NCBI GenBank assembly: GCA_002269645.1
Contig: NIVC01000152.1
Coordinates: 186,001 to 250,000 of the forward strand
DNA length: 64,000 bases
Origin: Macrostomum lignano
Lineage: Eukaryota
Reading direction: 5' to 3'
Part shown: positions 22,501-36,245 of the stretch, piece by piece
Position numbering within the stretch: the first letter of the stretch is position 1
Layout: each line of letters starts with the position of its first letter
Made by a program: the position numbers and the translations under genes
Notes under the pieces: model-generated
Databases searched by the model: none
The model's input: only the letters and a program-made list of their open reading frames with translations
What the model was told of the DNA's origin: nothing

Positions 22501-25500
22501 CTTCCATGGACGACTGCGACAGGGCGCGCTTCTTGGCGCCGCGGCCGAGAGTTGCCAGAGTTCCCTGCTGAAGAGGCAGCGGTGGCGGCGGCGCCACTGG
22601 CGGCCAGGCGGGGCTGGCGGGCTGGTAGGCAGGCTGGGGATAAGCCCATGGCGGCGGGCAGGGGAAGCTGGGGTTGCTAGGCACGGAGCGGGTGCCCGTT
22701 GGCGGCTGGGAGCAGAAGCCAGCATGGTAGTAAGGAGCCGCCATGCCGTAGAATCCGGCTCGGCCGTCTGAAGAAGATGGCGTTCGGTTGAAATGCCATT
22801 TTTATCCCGAAAATTGCCACTTTTCTAATTTAAGTGCTATTTTTATCCCAACAGTGCCATTTTAGCCAGATAAGTGCCATTTTAGCCAGATAAGTGCCAT
22901 TTTAGCCAGATAAGTGCCATTTTAGCCAGAGAAGTGCTATTTTAGCCAGAGAAGTGCCATTTTAGCCAGAGAAGTGCCATCTTAGCCAGAGAAGTGCCAT
23001 TTTAGCCAGAGAAGTGCCATTTTAGCCAGAGAAGTGCCATTAGCCAGAGAAGTGCCATCTTAGCCAGAGAAGTGCCATTTTAGCCAGAGAAGTGCCATCT
23101 TAGCCAGAGAAGTGCCATTTTAGCCAGAGAAGTGCCATTTTAGCCAGAGAAGTGCCATTAGCCAGAGAAGTGCTATTTTAGCCAGAGAAGTGCCATTTTA
23201 GCCAGAGAAGTGCCATTTTAGCCAGAGAAGTGCCATTTTAGCCAGAGAAGTGCCATTTTAGCCAGAGAAGTGCCATTAGCCTGAGAAGTGCTATTTTAGC
23301 CAGAGAAGTGCCATTTTAGCCAGAGAAGTGCCATTTTATACTGAGAAGTGCCATTTTATACTGAGAAGTGCTATTTTAGCCAGAGAAGTGCCATTTTAGC
23401 CAGAGAAGTGCCATTTTAGCCAGAGAAGTGCCATTAGCCAGAGAAGTGCCATTTTAGCCAGAGAAGTGCCATTAGCCTGAGAAGTGCTATTTTAGCCAGA
23501 GAAGTGCCATTTTAGCCAGAGAAGTGCCATTTTATACTGAGAAGTGCCATTTTATACTGAGAAGTGCTATTTTAGCCAGAGAAGTGCCATTTTAGCCAGA
23601 GAAGTGCTATTTTAGCCAGAGAAGTGCCATTTTAGCCAGAGAAGTGCCATTTTACCCAGAGAAGTGCCATCTTAGCCAGAGAAGTGCCATTTTAGCCAGA
23701 GAAGTGCCATTTTAGCCGGAGAAGTGCCATTTTAGACTGAGAAGTGCCATTTTTGTCCCGAGAAGTGCCATTTTATGCCTAACCGTGCCAGTTTTAGTTT
23801 TTTAAATGTCATTGCTGAAAAAATCTGGATTTTATTCAATATTACCCGATTTTAACTACAGAAATGTCAGTGGATAACCCATGCTAGTTGCATTCAAGAT
23901 TTTTCAAACAATAGCTCAGTTGATTAATCTATTAAGTTAACAGAGTTGAGCAGTGAAACGAGCTGAGCTGAGTCATCAACTCAAACGGTCCCCTCCTGGC
24001 CAAAGCAACTGTGCTCATATTTATTCTCTGACTGAGTGTCATGATCTACGCAGAATGCATAAATTATATCGTACATTTATACAATAAGAATGCAGCTCTG
24101 GAACTCTGTGACACCTCGAGTGGCTCTCAGCAGGGGTTTGAGGGCTTAAGAGCAGAGTCTTTCAACCCAGCCTAAGGTCGGCGCCCCCCCCCCCCAACCC
24201 GGAAAAAACTGCACTGCAATGCCAATCTTGCATTGTTCTGAATGCGACCGCCCCTCCCGCCTCGCTGCGTGCCACTTAATCGCAAAGCAAGGAAAAGAAA
24301 GAAAAGAAGAGATGGTTAAACCCATAAGCACCATCGCAATGGAGTCATGGAGGACTGCTCAGGTTGCTATTCGAGTGGGGGGGGGGAGGTGGCTGTCCCG
24401 AGTTCGTGCGTGCGGACTCAACGGGCGCCAACTCTAACAAAACAGTCTGGATTAGTTTCGAGTCCCTGTAAACTTTACAACTGGAAAGAAAAACACTGGG
24501 GCCTGTCATGAGAAAAGCTGCTGGGGGGGGGGGAGGAGGCCCGAGGCACAAACTGTCTCTTTCTGATGGAAAGATATGTATTTATTAAGGACCCCAAATG
24601 GCCGGGCATGAGCTGCTAAAAAACTAGCAGAAATGGCTGCGGACGGGGCAAGGGCCACCCAGACAGTCCAGAGAGCGCAAGAAACTGCTGTGCATTTTCT
24701 TGATATTGTTGAACAATGAGAAGGTAAAGAATGGGCATTTCTTTTTTTGGTATTGTTCAGCACTCGCCGCCATCCACAACCACCATAATCGACTGTAATT
24801 GCCAATTTCATTTGATGCGCTTACTCATTTACTAAACTCACACTGGTGAGAGGTGAGAATGAGAACGCATAATTGCGATGGGTTATTAACATCGCATAGT
24901 ATAGATCATCGCGTATATAGATTAACTAGGGAATTTGGTTAAGATTGGGAATGTGATAACTAAATTTAGCAACATTTTTTTCACTCTAGAAGTGGGCTTG
25001 TTTGAGCACCGGGTTATAGGAGGGGGGAATTGCGGCCTGTTTGAGCACCGAGTTATAGGAGGGGGGAATTGCGGCCTGTTTGAGCACCGGATTATAGAGG
25101 GGGGAATTGCGGCCTGTTTGAGCACCGGGTTATGGGGGAATTGCGGCCTGTTTGAGCACCGGATTATAGGGGGGAATTGCGGCCTGTTTGAGCACCGGGT
25201 TATGGGGGAATTGCGGCCTGTTTGAGCACCGGGTTAAGGGGGGGGGGAATTGCGCCCTTTTTGAGCACCGGGTTATGGGGGAATTGCGGCCTGTTTTATG
25301 GGGGGAATTGCGGCCTGTTTGAGCACCGGGTTATGGGGGAATTGCGGCCTGTTTGAGCACCGGGTTAAGGGGGGGGGAATTGCGCCCTTTTTGAGCACCG
25401 GGTTATGGGGGAATTGCGGCCTGTTTTATGGGGGGAATTGCGGCCTGTTTGAGCACCGGGTTAAGGGGGGGGGGAATCGCGCCCTTTTTGAGCACCGGGT

Positions 25501-25924
25501 TATGGGGAATTGCGGCCTGTTTTATGGGGGAATTGCGGCCTGTTTGAGCACCGGGTTATGGGGGAATTGCGGCCTGTTTGAGCACCGGGTTATAGGGGGG
25601 AATTGCGGCCTGTTTGAGCACCGGGTTATGGGGGGAATTGCGGTCTGTTTGAGGGCCGGGGAAGGTTCCTGCAGGACAGACTTCTCGGGAAAAAATTCAT
25701 TGTGGCGGACGGACAACAAGGGACAACACGTAACAACAATAAGAGCTTAGACGAAACTCACCAAATTCGTTAAAATTTCTTTGAAAAGGCTGCTGCTGCT
25801 GCAGACTTTCTGGCCCAGGTCCTGAACAGCAGTACAGCTGTTGACTTCCGGTTGCTTCGTGCGGTGGCTGCTGCTGCTGCGGCGGCGGCGGCGGCGGCCC
25901 CAGCCTAGGCGGGTAGCACTGCAT
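17506..25924 (-). CDS. gli: Gli/Cubitus interruptus family C2H2 zinc-finger transcription factor (Hedgehog effector family), about 931 aa
   Basis: Exons (- strand) 25924-25762, 22767-22022, 21646-21494, 20807-20099, 19766-19281, 18044-17506; all GT-AG, in frame, 2796 nt. Five fingers: CRWENC...[121 protein letters not shown] and [13 protein letters not shown] favour Gli over Glis. N-terminal KKRALS and GSIGHLS match the Gli N-terminal conserved block. Exon 1 and the start codon are less certain than the finger exons. Confidence 0.93.
18108..18925. repeat. Gli-intron minisatellite, 40-41-bp unit GGGGTGTTGGGCAGGGAGTGAGGTGGCTGCAGGAAGAGTT
   Basis: Unit read directly; explains ORFs 18067..19101 and overlapping ones. 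Confidence 0.97.
19846..19963. repeat. Gli-intron minisatellite, 17-bp unit CAGTCAAATGTCACTGG, about 7 copies
   Basis: Unit read directly. Confidence 0.92.
20958..21425. repeat. Gli-intron GA-rich minisatellite (GAGAGAGAGTCACAGGGGA-like, variable unit)
   Basis: Read directly; flanked by identical 47-bp direct repeats. Confidence 0.93.
22852..23775. repeat. Gli-intron minisatellite, 20-bp unit GAGAAGTGCCATTTTAGCCA, about 46 copies
   Basis: Unit read directly. Confidence 0.97.
24479..24562 (-). CDS. Possible optional 84-nt Gli cassette exon ([28 protein letters not shown])
   Basis: Acceptor CTTTCCATCAG at 24563, donor T|GTAAAG at 24478, phase 1-1 and frame-preserving between the 25762 and 22767 junctions. 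Confidence 0.35.
25000..25650. repeat. Gli-intron minisatellite, about 35-40-bp unit GAATTGCGGCCTGTTTGAGCACCGGGTTATGGGGG
   Basis: Unit read directly; G-run length varies. Confidence 0.95.
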
Positions 25925-26727
25925 TCGATTTGGGATTTGGGAGGAAAGTTGGACAGCTCAATGAAAGAAAACTGTTGCTGTGCTTCGGGACCAGCTGCTT
26001 AAAAGGGTGGTGAACCCTGAGAAGCTCTTTCTTTTTTTTACTTTCTCTCTCCGCCAGCCCGTCTGCTGTGCTGTCTTATTTTCTATTCTATTTAATTCTA
26101 TTCATTTTTCAGTCGGTAGGGCCATTTTTCGAACTCCATTTTGCTGCTGTTGCTGCTGGCCCCGCAACCCTCCGCTAGCTGGGACCCCCCCCCATCCAGC
26201 CATCCACCCTCCCCGTTGCATAGCCTCACCTACACTGACCCCTGCCCCAATAGACTGCTTTTGCATCAATTGCCAGATCTCTCAGCGTCTCTTTTCTCTC
26301 CCTCTTCTGCCTGTCCGACAGTCTCTCTGTCTCTCTCTGTCTCTCTCTGTCTCTCTCTCTCTCTCACTATTTTGTTTGTTATATGCAAAATCTGCGCAGT
26401 CAGCCGCTAGCATCCATTGCCCAATAATCTGCTATAGGCTAAGCTTTAACGATTAACTGGTTATGAAGCATATATATATATGTATGTTGATATGGCGAAA
26501 TATATTGTGGGTTTGGTTATTATCCAAATCTTTGGTCAGATCAAACTCTATAAAATCTGTGAAGTCGGTCTGCGTTTCTACGCTCGTATTTTAAGAAATT
26601 TTCCAACTTTGATTAGCTGGGGTTTGGGGGTGTGAAACTGCATACTGAAGTTCCCAGCTTGCTTTCTAGTATTTGCCAGCGGCCACTTTGATGTGCGCGG
26701 GAGCGAAATTTTATTGACGTTTCTTAG

Positions 26728-27590
26728 GGATCGGGATTGGGATCGGGATTGGGATTGTTGGGATTGGAATTGTTGGGATTGGGATCGGGATTGAGATAGT
26801 TGAGATTGGGATTGTTGGGATTGGGATTGGGATCGAGATTGAAATCGGGATGGATCGGGATTGGGATTGTTGGGATTGGGATTGTTGGGATTGGGATTGT
26901 TGGGATTGTGATTGTTGGGATTGGGATTGTTGGGATTGGGATTGTTGGGATTGTGATTGTTGGGATTGGGATTGTTGGGATTGGGATTGTTGGGATTGTG
27001 ATTGTTGGGATTGGGATTGTTGGGATTGGGATTGGGATTGGGATCGGGATTGGGATTGGGATCGGAATCTGGATGGGGATCGGAATTGGGATTGTTGGGA
27101 TTGAGATTGTTGGGATTGGGATTGTTGGGATAGGGATCGAGATTGGGATCGGGATCGGGATTGGGATTGGGATTGTTGGGATTGTGATTGTTGGGATTGT
27201 GATTGTTGGGATTGGGATTGTTGGGATTGTGATTGTTGGGATTGGGATTGTTGGGATTGGGATTGGGATCGGGATTGGGATTGGGATCGGGATTGGGATC
27301 TGGATTGGAATCGGTATTGGGATCGGAATCTGGATGGGGATCGGAATTGGGATTGTTGGGATTGAGATTGTTGGGATTGGGATTGTTGGGATTGGGATCG
27401 AGATTGGGATTGGGATCGGGATTGGGATTGGGATTGGGATTGGGATCGGGATTGGGATCTGGATTGGAATCGGGATCGGGATTGGGATTGGGATCGGGAT
27501 TAGGATCGGGATTGGGATCGGGATTGGGATCGGGATTGGGATCGGGATTGGGATCGGGATCGGGATTGCGATTGGGATCCAAATTGGGAT
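26728..27590. repeat. Compound (GGGATT/GGGATC)n and (GGGATTGTT)n microsatellite
   Basis: Read directly; source of the NPDP/GI-repeat ORFs. Confidence 0.97.
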
Positions 27591-28962
27591 TTTGTTTTTT
27601 GAAATTTTGAAATTCTCAAAAATCCAAATTTTCGAATCCCGCGGTTAAGAAGGCTTCAGAGCCAGCCAATTGCTCAGGAAAATTGAATCTCAAACAAACA
27701 GTGCTTGAGAAGCAGGATTGCAGGTAACAGAAGAGCTCAAAGTGTTTTCTCAGCTGGTAGACGACTCTCTCCTCTTTCCATATCTCTTCCACTTTCTGCT
27801 CAAATTGAAAGCGTGTTTTATTAATGAAAAATTGCTCCGGGTCGAGATTAGTGAGCTGACCTTCTTCTCACTTGGATCGGTGGCGATAAAAATTGAGTCA
27901 AGAGGTGAAGGGCTGATGAACACGGAATTTCCCAGTCTCCGCTCAAGTTTTATAATCGACATCAAAGAGAGCCGCCGGAGCAGCGAAATTTCCAAACCTT
28001 CTCTCCTGCCGAAAGAAAGTGTTGCCAATCTTAATGAAAAGAAAATGTCCCGCAAGAGGCTGTTTCCGATTCAGCAACAATAAAAATGCATTTCCCAATG
28101 AGATAAACTTAGCGAGACAAGTAAGCATTATATCAAGTGCTTAGCCTGAGGCGACTGCGGGCAAAAGCAGGCAGATCAGCTGTTTATACCAAAATCAATA
28201 AAACTAGTTTAGGGATCTGACCCGATCCTCTCTTACCTTAGACTGACTCCGCAAAGTGTGTTTGTAGTGACTGTAAATGGATTTAAGCTGGAAATGTATA
28301 AGAAAAAAGAATTCTGTGTGCTTCCGTGAAAATTCAATCCCAGGCCAGGACCCCCTTCATCTAAAAGGGATTTGCGCCCCGATTCCTGACTGGCTGACTG
28401 ACTGACTGACTGATGGCTGTCTTAAATACGATTTCTGGGTGTATCAGCCACGAGAGGGGCCACAACTTCATTCCCCAGAATCCGCTGCCCTCTCAGTCTT
28501 CTTTTAATTGCCGCCCGCCCATGCTGCCCGGCTGCAGCCAGTCTTAAATCTGGGCCCCGCTACAGCTGACTCATCATTAAAGTATAAAATATGGTTCCTG
28601 CAGCAGCAGCATCGGCTTCTGAATAGGTTCGATTAGAAAGAGAAGATCAAGAAGAGGTCACGTGTATTTTGGGATAAATCCACTTCGCTATTTGAATCCT
28701 TGAATTCTATTAATTATATACGCTTCTTTAATCCCCATTGCCGAAGATAAACACCAGTGAATGGATCAGGCCCTGCTAAACTACTACCTTCAATTAAAGG
28801 GGCCTGAAGCATTCTTTTTGGCTGCGTTTTTTTGGAAATAGTTTGGAATTGGGAATTATTGTTTTCTTTTGGGCTGCCGCTGCTGCTGCATGTACGGGCA
28901 AAAGTGGATAGGAATGACGAGTGGGATATGGCGAATGCTGGGTCTTAGCTAGCGAGATAGAA

Positions 28963-29571
28963 TGTGATCTTAGCTAGGAGGGTGGGATCTTGGCTAGGGG
29001 GATGGGATCTTGGCTAAGGGTGGGATCTTGGCTAGGGGGTGGGATCTTGGCTAGGGGATGGGATCTTGGCTAAGGGTGGGATCTTGGCTAGGGGGGTGGG
29101 ATCTTGGCTAGGGGGATGGGATCTTGGCTAAGGGTGGGATCTTGGCTAGGGGGGTGGGATCTTGGCTAAGGGTGGGATCTTGGCTAGGGGGATGGGATCT
29201 TGGCTAAGGGTGGGATCTTGGCTAGGGGGGTGGGATCTTGGCTAGGGGGATGGGATCTTGGCTAAGGGTGGGATCTTGGCTAGGGGGGTGGGATCTTGGC
29301 TAAGGGTGGGATCTTGGCTAGGGGGGTGGGATCTTGGCTAAGGGTGGGATCTTGGCTAAGGGTGGGATCTTGGCTAGGGGGATGGGATCTTGGCTAGGGG
29401 GTGGGACCTTGGCTAGGGGGATGGGATCTTGGCTAGGGGATGGGATCTTGGCTAGGGGGATGGGATCTTGGCTAAGGGTGGGATCTTAATTAGGGGAGTG
29501 GGACCTTGGCTAGGGGGATGGGATCTTGACTAGGGGATGGGATCTTGACTAGGGGGATGGGATCTTGGCTA
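28963..29571. repeat. Minisatellite, 20-22-bp unit GGGATCTTGGCTAGGGGGAT / GGGATCTTGGCTAAGGGT
   Basis: Unit read directly. Confidence 0.96.
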
Positions 29572-30402
29572 CACCGCAGATTCAAGCTATACCAAACCAA
29601 ATATATTTAAACTTAAGAAAGAGTTTAGAAAGAAAGAATATAGAAAGACTTCTATAGCTTGAAAAAGTCAGTTAGAATTTTTCGAAATCTTAGAAACGGA
29701 GCTGTGTGAACTTAATAATGACTTTTTAACGATGAAGTGACCCAGTTTCTAGCTGGCAATCGCGATTCTGTAGTGATTAAAACTTAGCAGTTAGCCGCCA
29801 TATTTCTGTAAATTAACTGTTTTACAAAACAACTATCTTGGCTTGCGGAGATGCCGGCTAGCAGAAAGAAATTGCTTCTAAAAGGACTTTTTTTGTCCGA
29901 GCAGGGGTCACGCTGAGGGAAGCAGGTATAAGGATCGGTTTATTGAGCATTTGAGGATTTGTCAGGCCTGAGGGTTTAAGGGTTTTTTGCTATCGTTTCA
30001 GTTCGAAGACAAGTTTTGAAATGTTTTCTTTAACTCTTCTCTTTTCTCCATCATTCTTGGTCGCGCATGGATACTAGAAGGAGACGGTGCTGACCAAACA
30101 AAGCAATTATGAGTTGTCGTAAGTGATATAGGCTCGTCTTCATTGTGGCCGTGTGGATCGATGAAAAAGCATCCCACTAGTTTAAGAATCTGGGTGATGT
30201 GATGAAGATGGTTGACTAGATCTAGATGCGGGTTGGGGAAGCTGGGGAACTCTTCATTGCGGACAGTCTCTGAAAAAAGTGCAACACGCTGGCCTGAGCT
30301 CTGATATCTTTTTAGTTTGTGATCGAGCGAGTTTGCAACCATCTCCTTTGTCTGGGAATTCATTAAAGAAGCGGGCGCCCAGATTTCCAAGGTTACAATA
30401 GC

Positions 30403-31542
<1,140 letters not shown>

Positions 31543-32907
31543 GCTAAAAGCGGAGCTCAAGCAAGGTGAGGGCACAGAATAGAGCTGTGTTGGGTCGGTG
31601 TGTAGTCAGGAGAGTTCAGGGGACACCCGTGTCTGTCTGTGCCAAATCTTGGGAACTTGGCCCCGCCTTTGTCCCGCTGCCCAAATTGAAATTGCCCCCT
31701 ATCCCCCTCCATGCCATTTGTTTAAAACTAAGAGCTGCACAAAAAAGCAAAATTCAACTTTGGGCTTCGATAGTGTTGGAGTGAGGGGCCAAGCGCAGTC
31801 TGGCTGGGCCCTTTCGGAACCCCTGCTAGAGACAGGTGGGCGGCCAGTTGTTCTAAACTAGACTGAGGCCGGGCTTCGGCCCCCATCAAGATATGGGCTT
31901 GAAGATGAAGACTAGTAGCTAGTTAGAGGACCTTCGAAGGCATCGCGGGCTCGGTACAAAGAGAAATTAAAGTACGCATATCAAACTATTACAGTTATAA
32001 AATACATTCCAAATATGGAAGTCAAAGATTTCTTCTATTTTTTCCTTTCCCATGGAGCCCAAGCAGAAGCAGACTGTGCATTATTTCTTATCTATGCAGT
32101 TTAACTGAAGTACAGCGAATTCTTTACAAGTCTAGCGTCAGAAAAAATGCATTAGAATACATAGGTATAACAACAGCAAGATTTTCTAGGACAATAAATC
32201 AATAAGCAAATTATGGCTTTAAAACTTACCAAAAGAAAATTTGTATGGTATGCAGTCCTCTGTAAACAACTTCGACTCGCTGATTTATCCAGTCAATTTC
32301 TGCTGATTAAACTGATTTCCGATACAAATTCTTGCACCATTTCCGGGGTGTTGTTCTCTTGTTATCACGGAAAAAGCAAAGGAATTTGAAGCAAGGGTTG
32401 GCTGTTCAAACCAGAACCATTGGGGGTTTGATAATTTCTAGTTGATTTTTTCCTCACGACAGCCTCCCACACCCCCCGGAGGAGAGGGGAGATCAATTTT
32501 AATTGGTCGCGAGTCATGAACTGGGGGATATTGGGGCACCAGACACAGTGCTGTGAAGGAGTGGAGAGAACTGCAGACAGCCAATCCTGTGCTGAGGTCG
32601 GAACTTGGCTCGTTTCCCTCTGAGAATTCCAGTTGCCCTGCATTGCGAGTAAAGTTTACGATTGAAGTGGGAACCCCTTTTTTAAACAGTCAGAACTGTT
32701 TCGCTGTAGACTGACTGTCGACTGTTTTTCTTACAGAAACTATAACTATTCGCAAGATTATTCTGAAGATTAGTTGCTAGGCTTTTATTATTCCTTCGAG
32801 AATATTAGATCGTTTTCGAAAAATCATGACACAGTGCGGGCACAGTGCTTTCCCGCTTAGTCCTGTTCATGTAGAAATCTTAATGAATTTAGTCTCAGAG
32901 CTGTAGT

Positions 32908-34043
32908 ATCTGGTCTCTGAGTGTGAGAATCTGGTCTCTGAGTGTGAGAATCTGGTCTCTGAGTGTGAGAATCTGGTCTCTGAGTGTGAGAATCTGGTCT
33001 CTGAGTGTGAGAATCTGGTCCCTGAGTGTGAAAATCTGGTCCCTGAGTGTGAGAATCTGGTCTCTGAGTGTGAGAATCTGGTCCCTGAGCGTGAGAATCT
33101 GGTCCCTGAGTGTGAGAATCTGGTCTCTGAGTGTGAGAATCTGGTCTCTAAGTGTGAGAATCTGGTCCCTGAGTGTGAGAATCTGGTCTCTAAGTGTGAG
33201 AATCTGGTCCCTGAGTGTGAGAATCTGGTCTCTAAGTGTGAGAATGTGGTCCCTGAGTGTGAGAATCTGGTCTCTAAGTGTGAGAATGTGGTCCCTGAGT
33301 GTGAGAATCTGGCCCTGAGTGTGAGAGTCTGGTCCCTGAGTGTGAGAATCTGGTCTCTGAGTGTGAGAATCTGGTCCCTGAGTGTGAGAATCTGGTCCCT
33401 GAGTGTGAGAATCTGGTCTCTGAGTGTGAGAATCTGGTCCCTGAGCGTGAGAATCTGGTCCCTGAGTGTGAGAATCTGGTCCCTGAGCGTGAGAATCTGG
33501 TCCCTGAGTGTGAGAATCTGGTCCCTGAGTGTGAGAATCTGGTCCCTGAGTGTGAGAATCTGGTCCCTGAGTGTGAGAGTCTGGTCCCTGAGTGTGAGAA
33601 TCTGATCCCTGAGTGTGAGAATCTGGTCCCTGAGTGTGAAAATCTGGTCCCTGAGTGTGAGAATCTGGTCCCTGAGTGTGAGAATCTGGTCCCTGAGCGT
33701 GAGAATCTGGTCTCTGAGTGTGAGAATCTGGTCCCTGAGTGTGAGAATCTGGTCCCTGAGTGTGAGAATCTGGTCCCTGAGTGTGAGAGTCTGGTCCCTG
33801 AGTGTGAGAATCTGGTCCCTGAGTGTGAGAGTCTGGTCCCTGAGTGTGAGAATCTGGTCCCTGAGTGTGAGAGTCTGGTCCCTGAGTGTGAGAATCTGGT
33901 CCCTGAGTGTGAGAATCTGGTCCCTGAGTGTGAGAATCTGGTCCCTGAGTGTGAGAGTCTGGTCCCTGAGTGTGAGAATCTGGTCCCTGAGTGTGAGAAT
34001 CTGGTCCCTGAGTGTGAGAATCTGGTCCCTGAGTGTCCCTGAG
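32908..34043. repeat. Minisatellite, 21-bp unit CTGAGTGTGAGAATCTGGTCC, about 54 copies
   Basis: Unit read directly; explains the SVRIWSL ORFs. Confidence 0.98.
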
Positions 34044-34778
34044 TTTTAGAGTGTTTGAGTGTGTTTTAATGTGGTCTCTGAATTTGAAAATCAGAAAATT
34101 CTCAGACTCAGGGACCTGATGCTCGCACTCAGGGACCTGAAACTCAAAGTCATTATCTCTGAATCGTAGAATCTGAATCTGAGCCCTGAGTTTTAGAGTC
34201 TAAACTAAATAATGCAACTAACTAGTTAAATAAATAAATTTGTCAACTAAATACTTCAAAAAGTAGGGGCTTTCTACACCAAATTTTTCATATTATCATG
34301 ATTAAAAAGCCATGGAGACCCTTAGAATAGCCTATCGCCATGAGCGCAATAATAAGAAGCCACTTGAAAAATATACCACAATAAAGACACTCAAGACCTA
34401 TAATCCCAAGCATGTCCTATCCTTACACCTGCCGGTTACTAATATATATTTAGCCGATAATTTGATTGAGTGGATATAAAGCATCAGTTAGATGTTATGC
34501 GGCCTATAATCCAAGTCAAAATATTCGTTCGCAATGAATAGCAGATAAATCCTGGACTGTATAAATAATGCGATAATTCTCTATTCTGTTCCAATTACTA
34601 TATGCAGGTTAATCCGCTTTAACTAACTGACACACCTTGGCAACTGCGCTGCGTTATCATGGCAATTTGTAATTCCGCCTAATTTTTGAGGCAGAGGGCC
34701 TGTCGTGAGACACTGCAGACTCCAACTGTGGACTGATTGCGCCAAAATAGATCTTTCATGGTTTGAATGAGTGTCATA

Positions 34779-36245
34779 GATGAGTTTCTGATGAGTTCTA
34801 GAAACTTTTAGATGAGTTTCGGATGAGCTTCAGATGAGCTTCAGATGATTTTCGGATGAGCTTCAGATGAGTTTCGGATGAGCTTCAGATGAGTTTCGGA
34901 TGAGCTTCAGATGAGTTTCGGATGAGCTTCAGATGATTTTCGGATGAGCTTCAGATGAGTTTCGGATGAGCTTGAGATGAGTTTCGGATGAGCTTCAGAT
35001 GAGTTTCGGATGAGCTTCAGATGAGTTTCGGATGAGCTTCAGATGAGTTTCGGGTGAGCTTCAGATGATTTTCGGATGAGCTTCAGATGAGTTTCGGATG
35101 AGCTTGAGATGAGTTTCGGATGAGCTTCAGATGAGTTTCGGATGAGCTTCAGATGAGTTTCGGATGAGCTTCAGATGAGTTTCGGGTGAGCTTCAGATGA
35201 TTTTCGGATGAGTTTCGGGTGAGCTTCAGATGAGTTTCGGATGAGCTTCAGATGAGTTTCGGATGAGCTTCAGATGAGTTTCGGATGAGCTTCAGATTAG
35301 TTTCGGATGAGCTTTAGAGGAGTTTCGGATGAGCTTGAGATGAGTTTCGGATGAGCTTCAGATGAGTTTCGGATGAGCTTCAGATGAGTTTCGGGTGAGC
35401 TTCAGATGATTTTCGGATGAGTTTCGGGTGAGCTTCAGATGAGTTTCGGATGAGCTTCAGATGAGTTTCGGATGAGCTTCAGATGAGTTTCGGATGAGCT
35501 TCAGATGAGTTTCGGATGAGCTTCAGATGAGTTTCGGATGAGCTTCAGATGAGTTTCGGATGAGCTTCAGATGAGTTTCGGATGAGCTTCAGATGAGTTT
35601 CGGGTGAGCTTCAGATGATTTTCGGATGAGTTTCGGGTGAGCTTCAGATGAGTTTCGGATGAGCTTCAGATGAGTTTCGGATGAGCTTCAGATGAGTTTC
35701 GGATGAGCTTCAGATTAGTTTCGGATGAGCTTTAGAGGAGTTTCGGATGAGCTTGAGATGAGTTTCGGATGAGCTTCAGATGAGTTTCGGATGAGCTTCA
35801 GATGAGTTTCGGGTGAGCTTCAGATGATTTTCGGATGAGTTTCGGGTGAGCTTCAGATGAGTTTCGGATGAGCTTCAGATGAGTTTCGGATGAGCTTCAG
35901 ATGAGTTTCGGATGAGCTTCAGATGAGTTTCGGATGAGCTTCAGATGAGTTTCGGATGAGCTTCAGATGAGTTTCGGGTGAGCTTCAGATGATTTTCGGA
36001 TGAGTTTCGGGTGAGCTTCAGATGAGTTTCGGATGAGCTTCAGATGATTTTCGGATGAGTTTCGGGTGAGCTTCAGATGAGTTTCGGATGAGCTTCAGAT
36101 GAGTTTCGGATGAGCTTCAGATTAGTTTCGGATGAGCTTTAGAGGAGTTTCGGGTGAGCTTGGGTGGACTTTCAGTTGAGTTTCGGATGAGTTTCGGGAG
36201 AGTTTCGGAAGAGTTTTGGATGAGTTTCGGGTGAACTTCAGATGG
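34779..36245. repeat. Minisatellite, 22-bp unit GATGAGTTTCGGATGAGCTTCA (two 11-bp halves)
   Basis: Unit read directly. Confidence 0.98.

Noticed and set aside
26728-27590. Interstitial telomere
   Set aside because: The unit is GGGATT (the reverse, not a permutation, of TTAGGG), mixed with GGGATC and 9-mers.
26578-27648. NPDP/NPN repeat protein resembling circumsporozoite protein, and GI-repeat ORFs
   Set aside because: Pure translation of the GGGATT/GGGATC microsatellite.
31871-31882. GGGC-TTCG-GCCC tetraloop hairpin
   Set aside because: Only a 4-bp stem with no larger structured RNA context.
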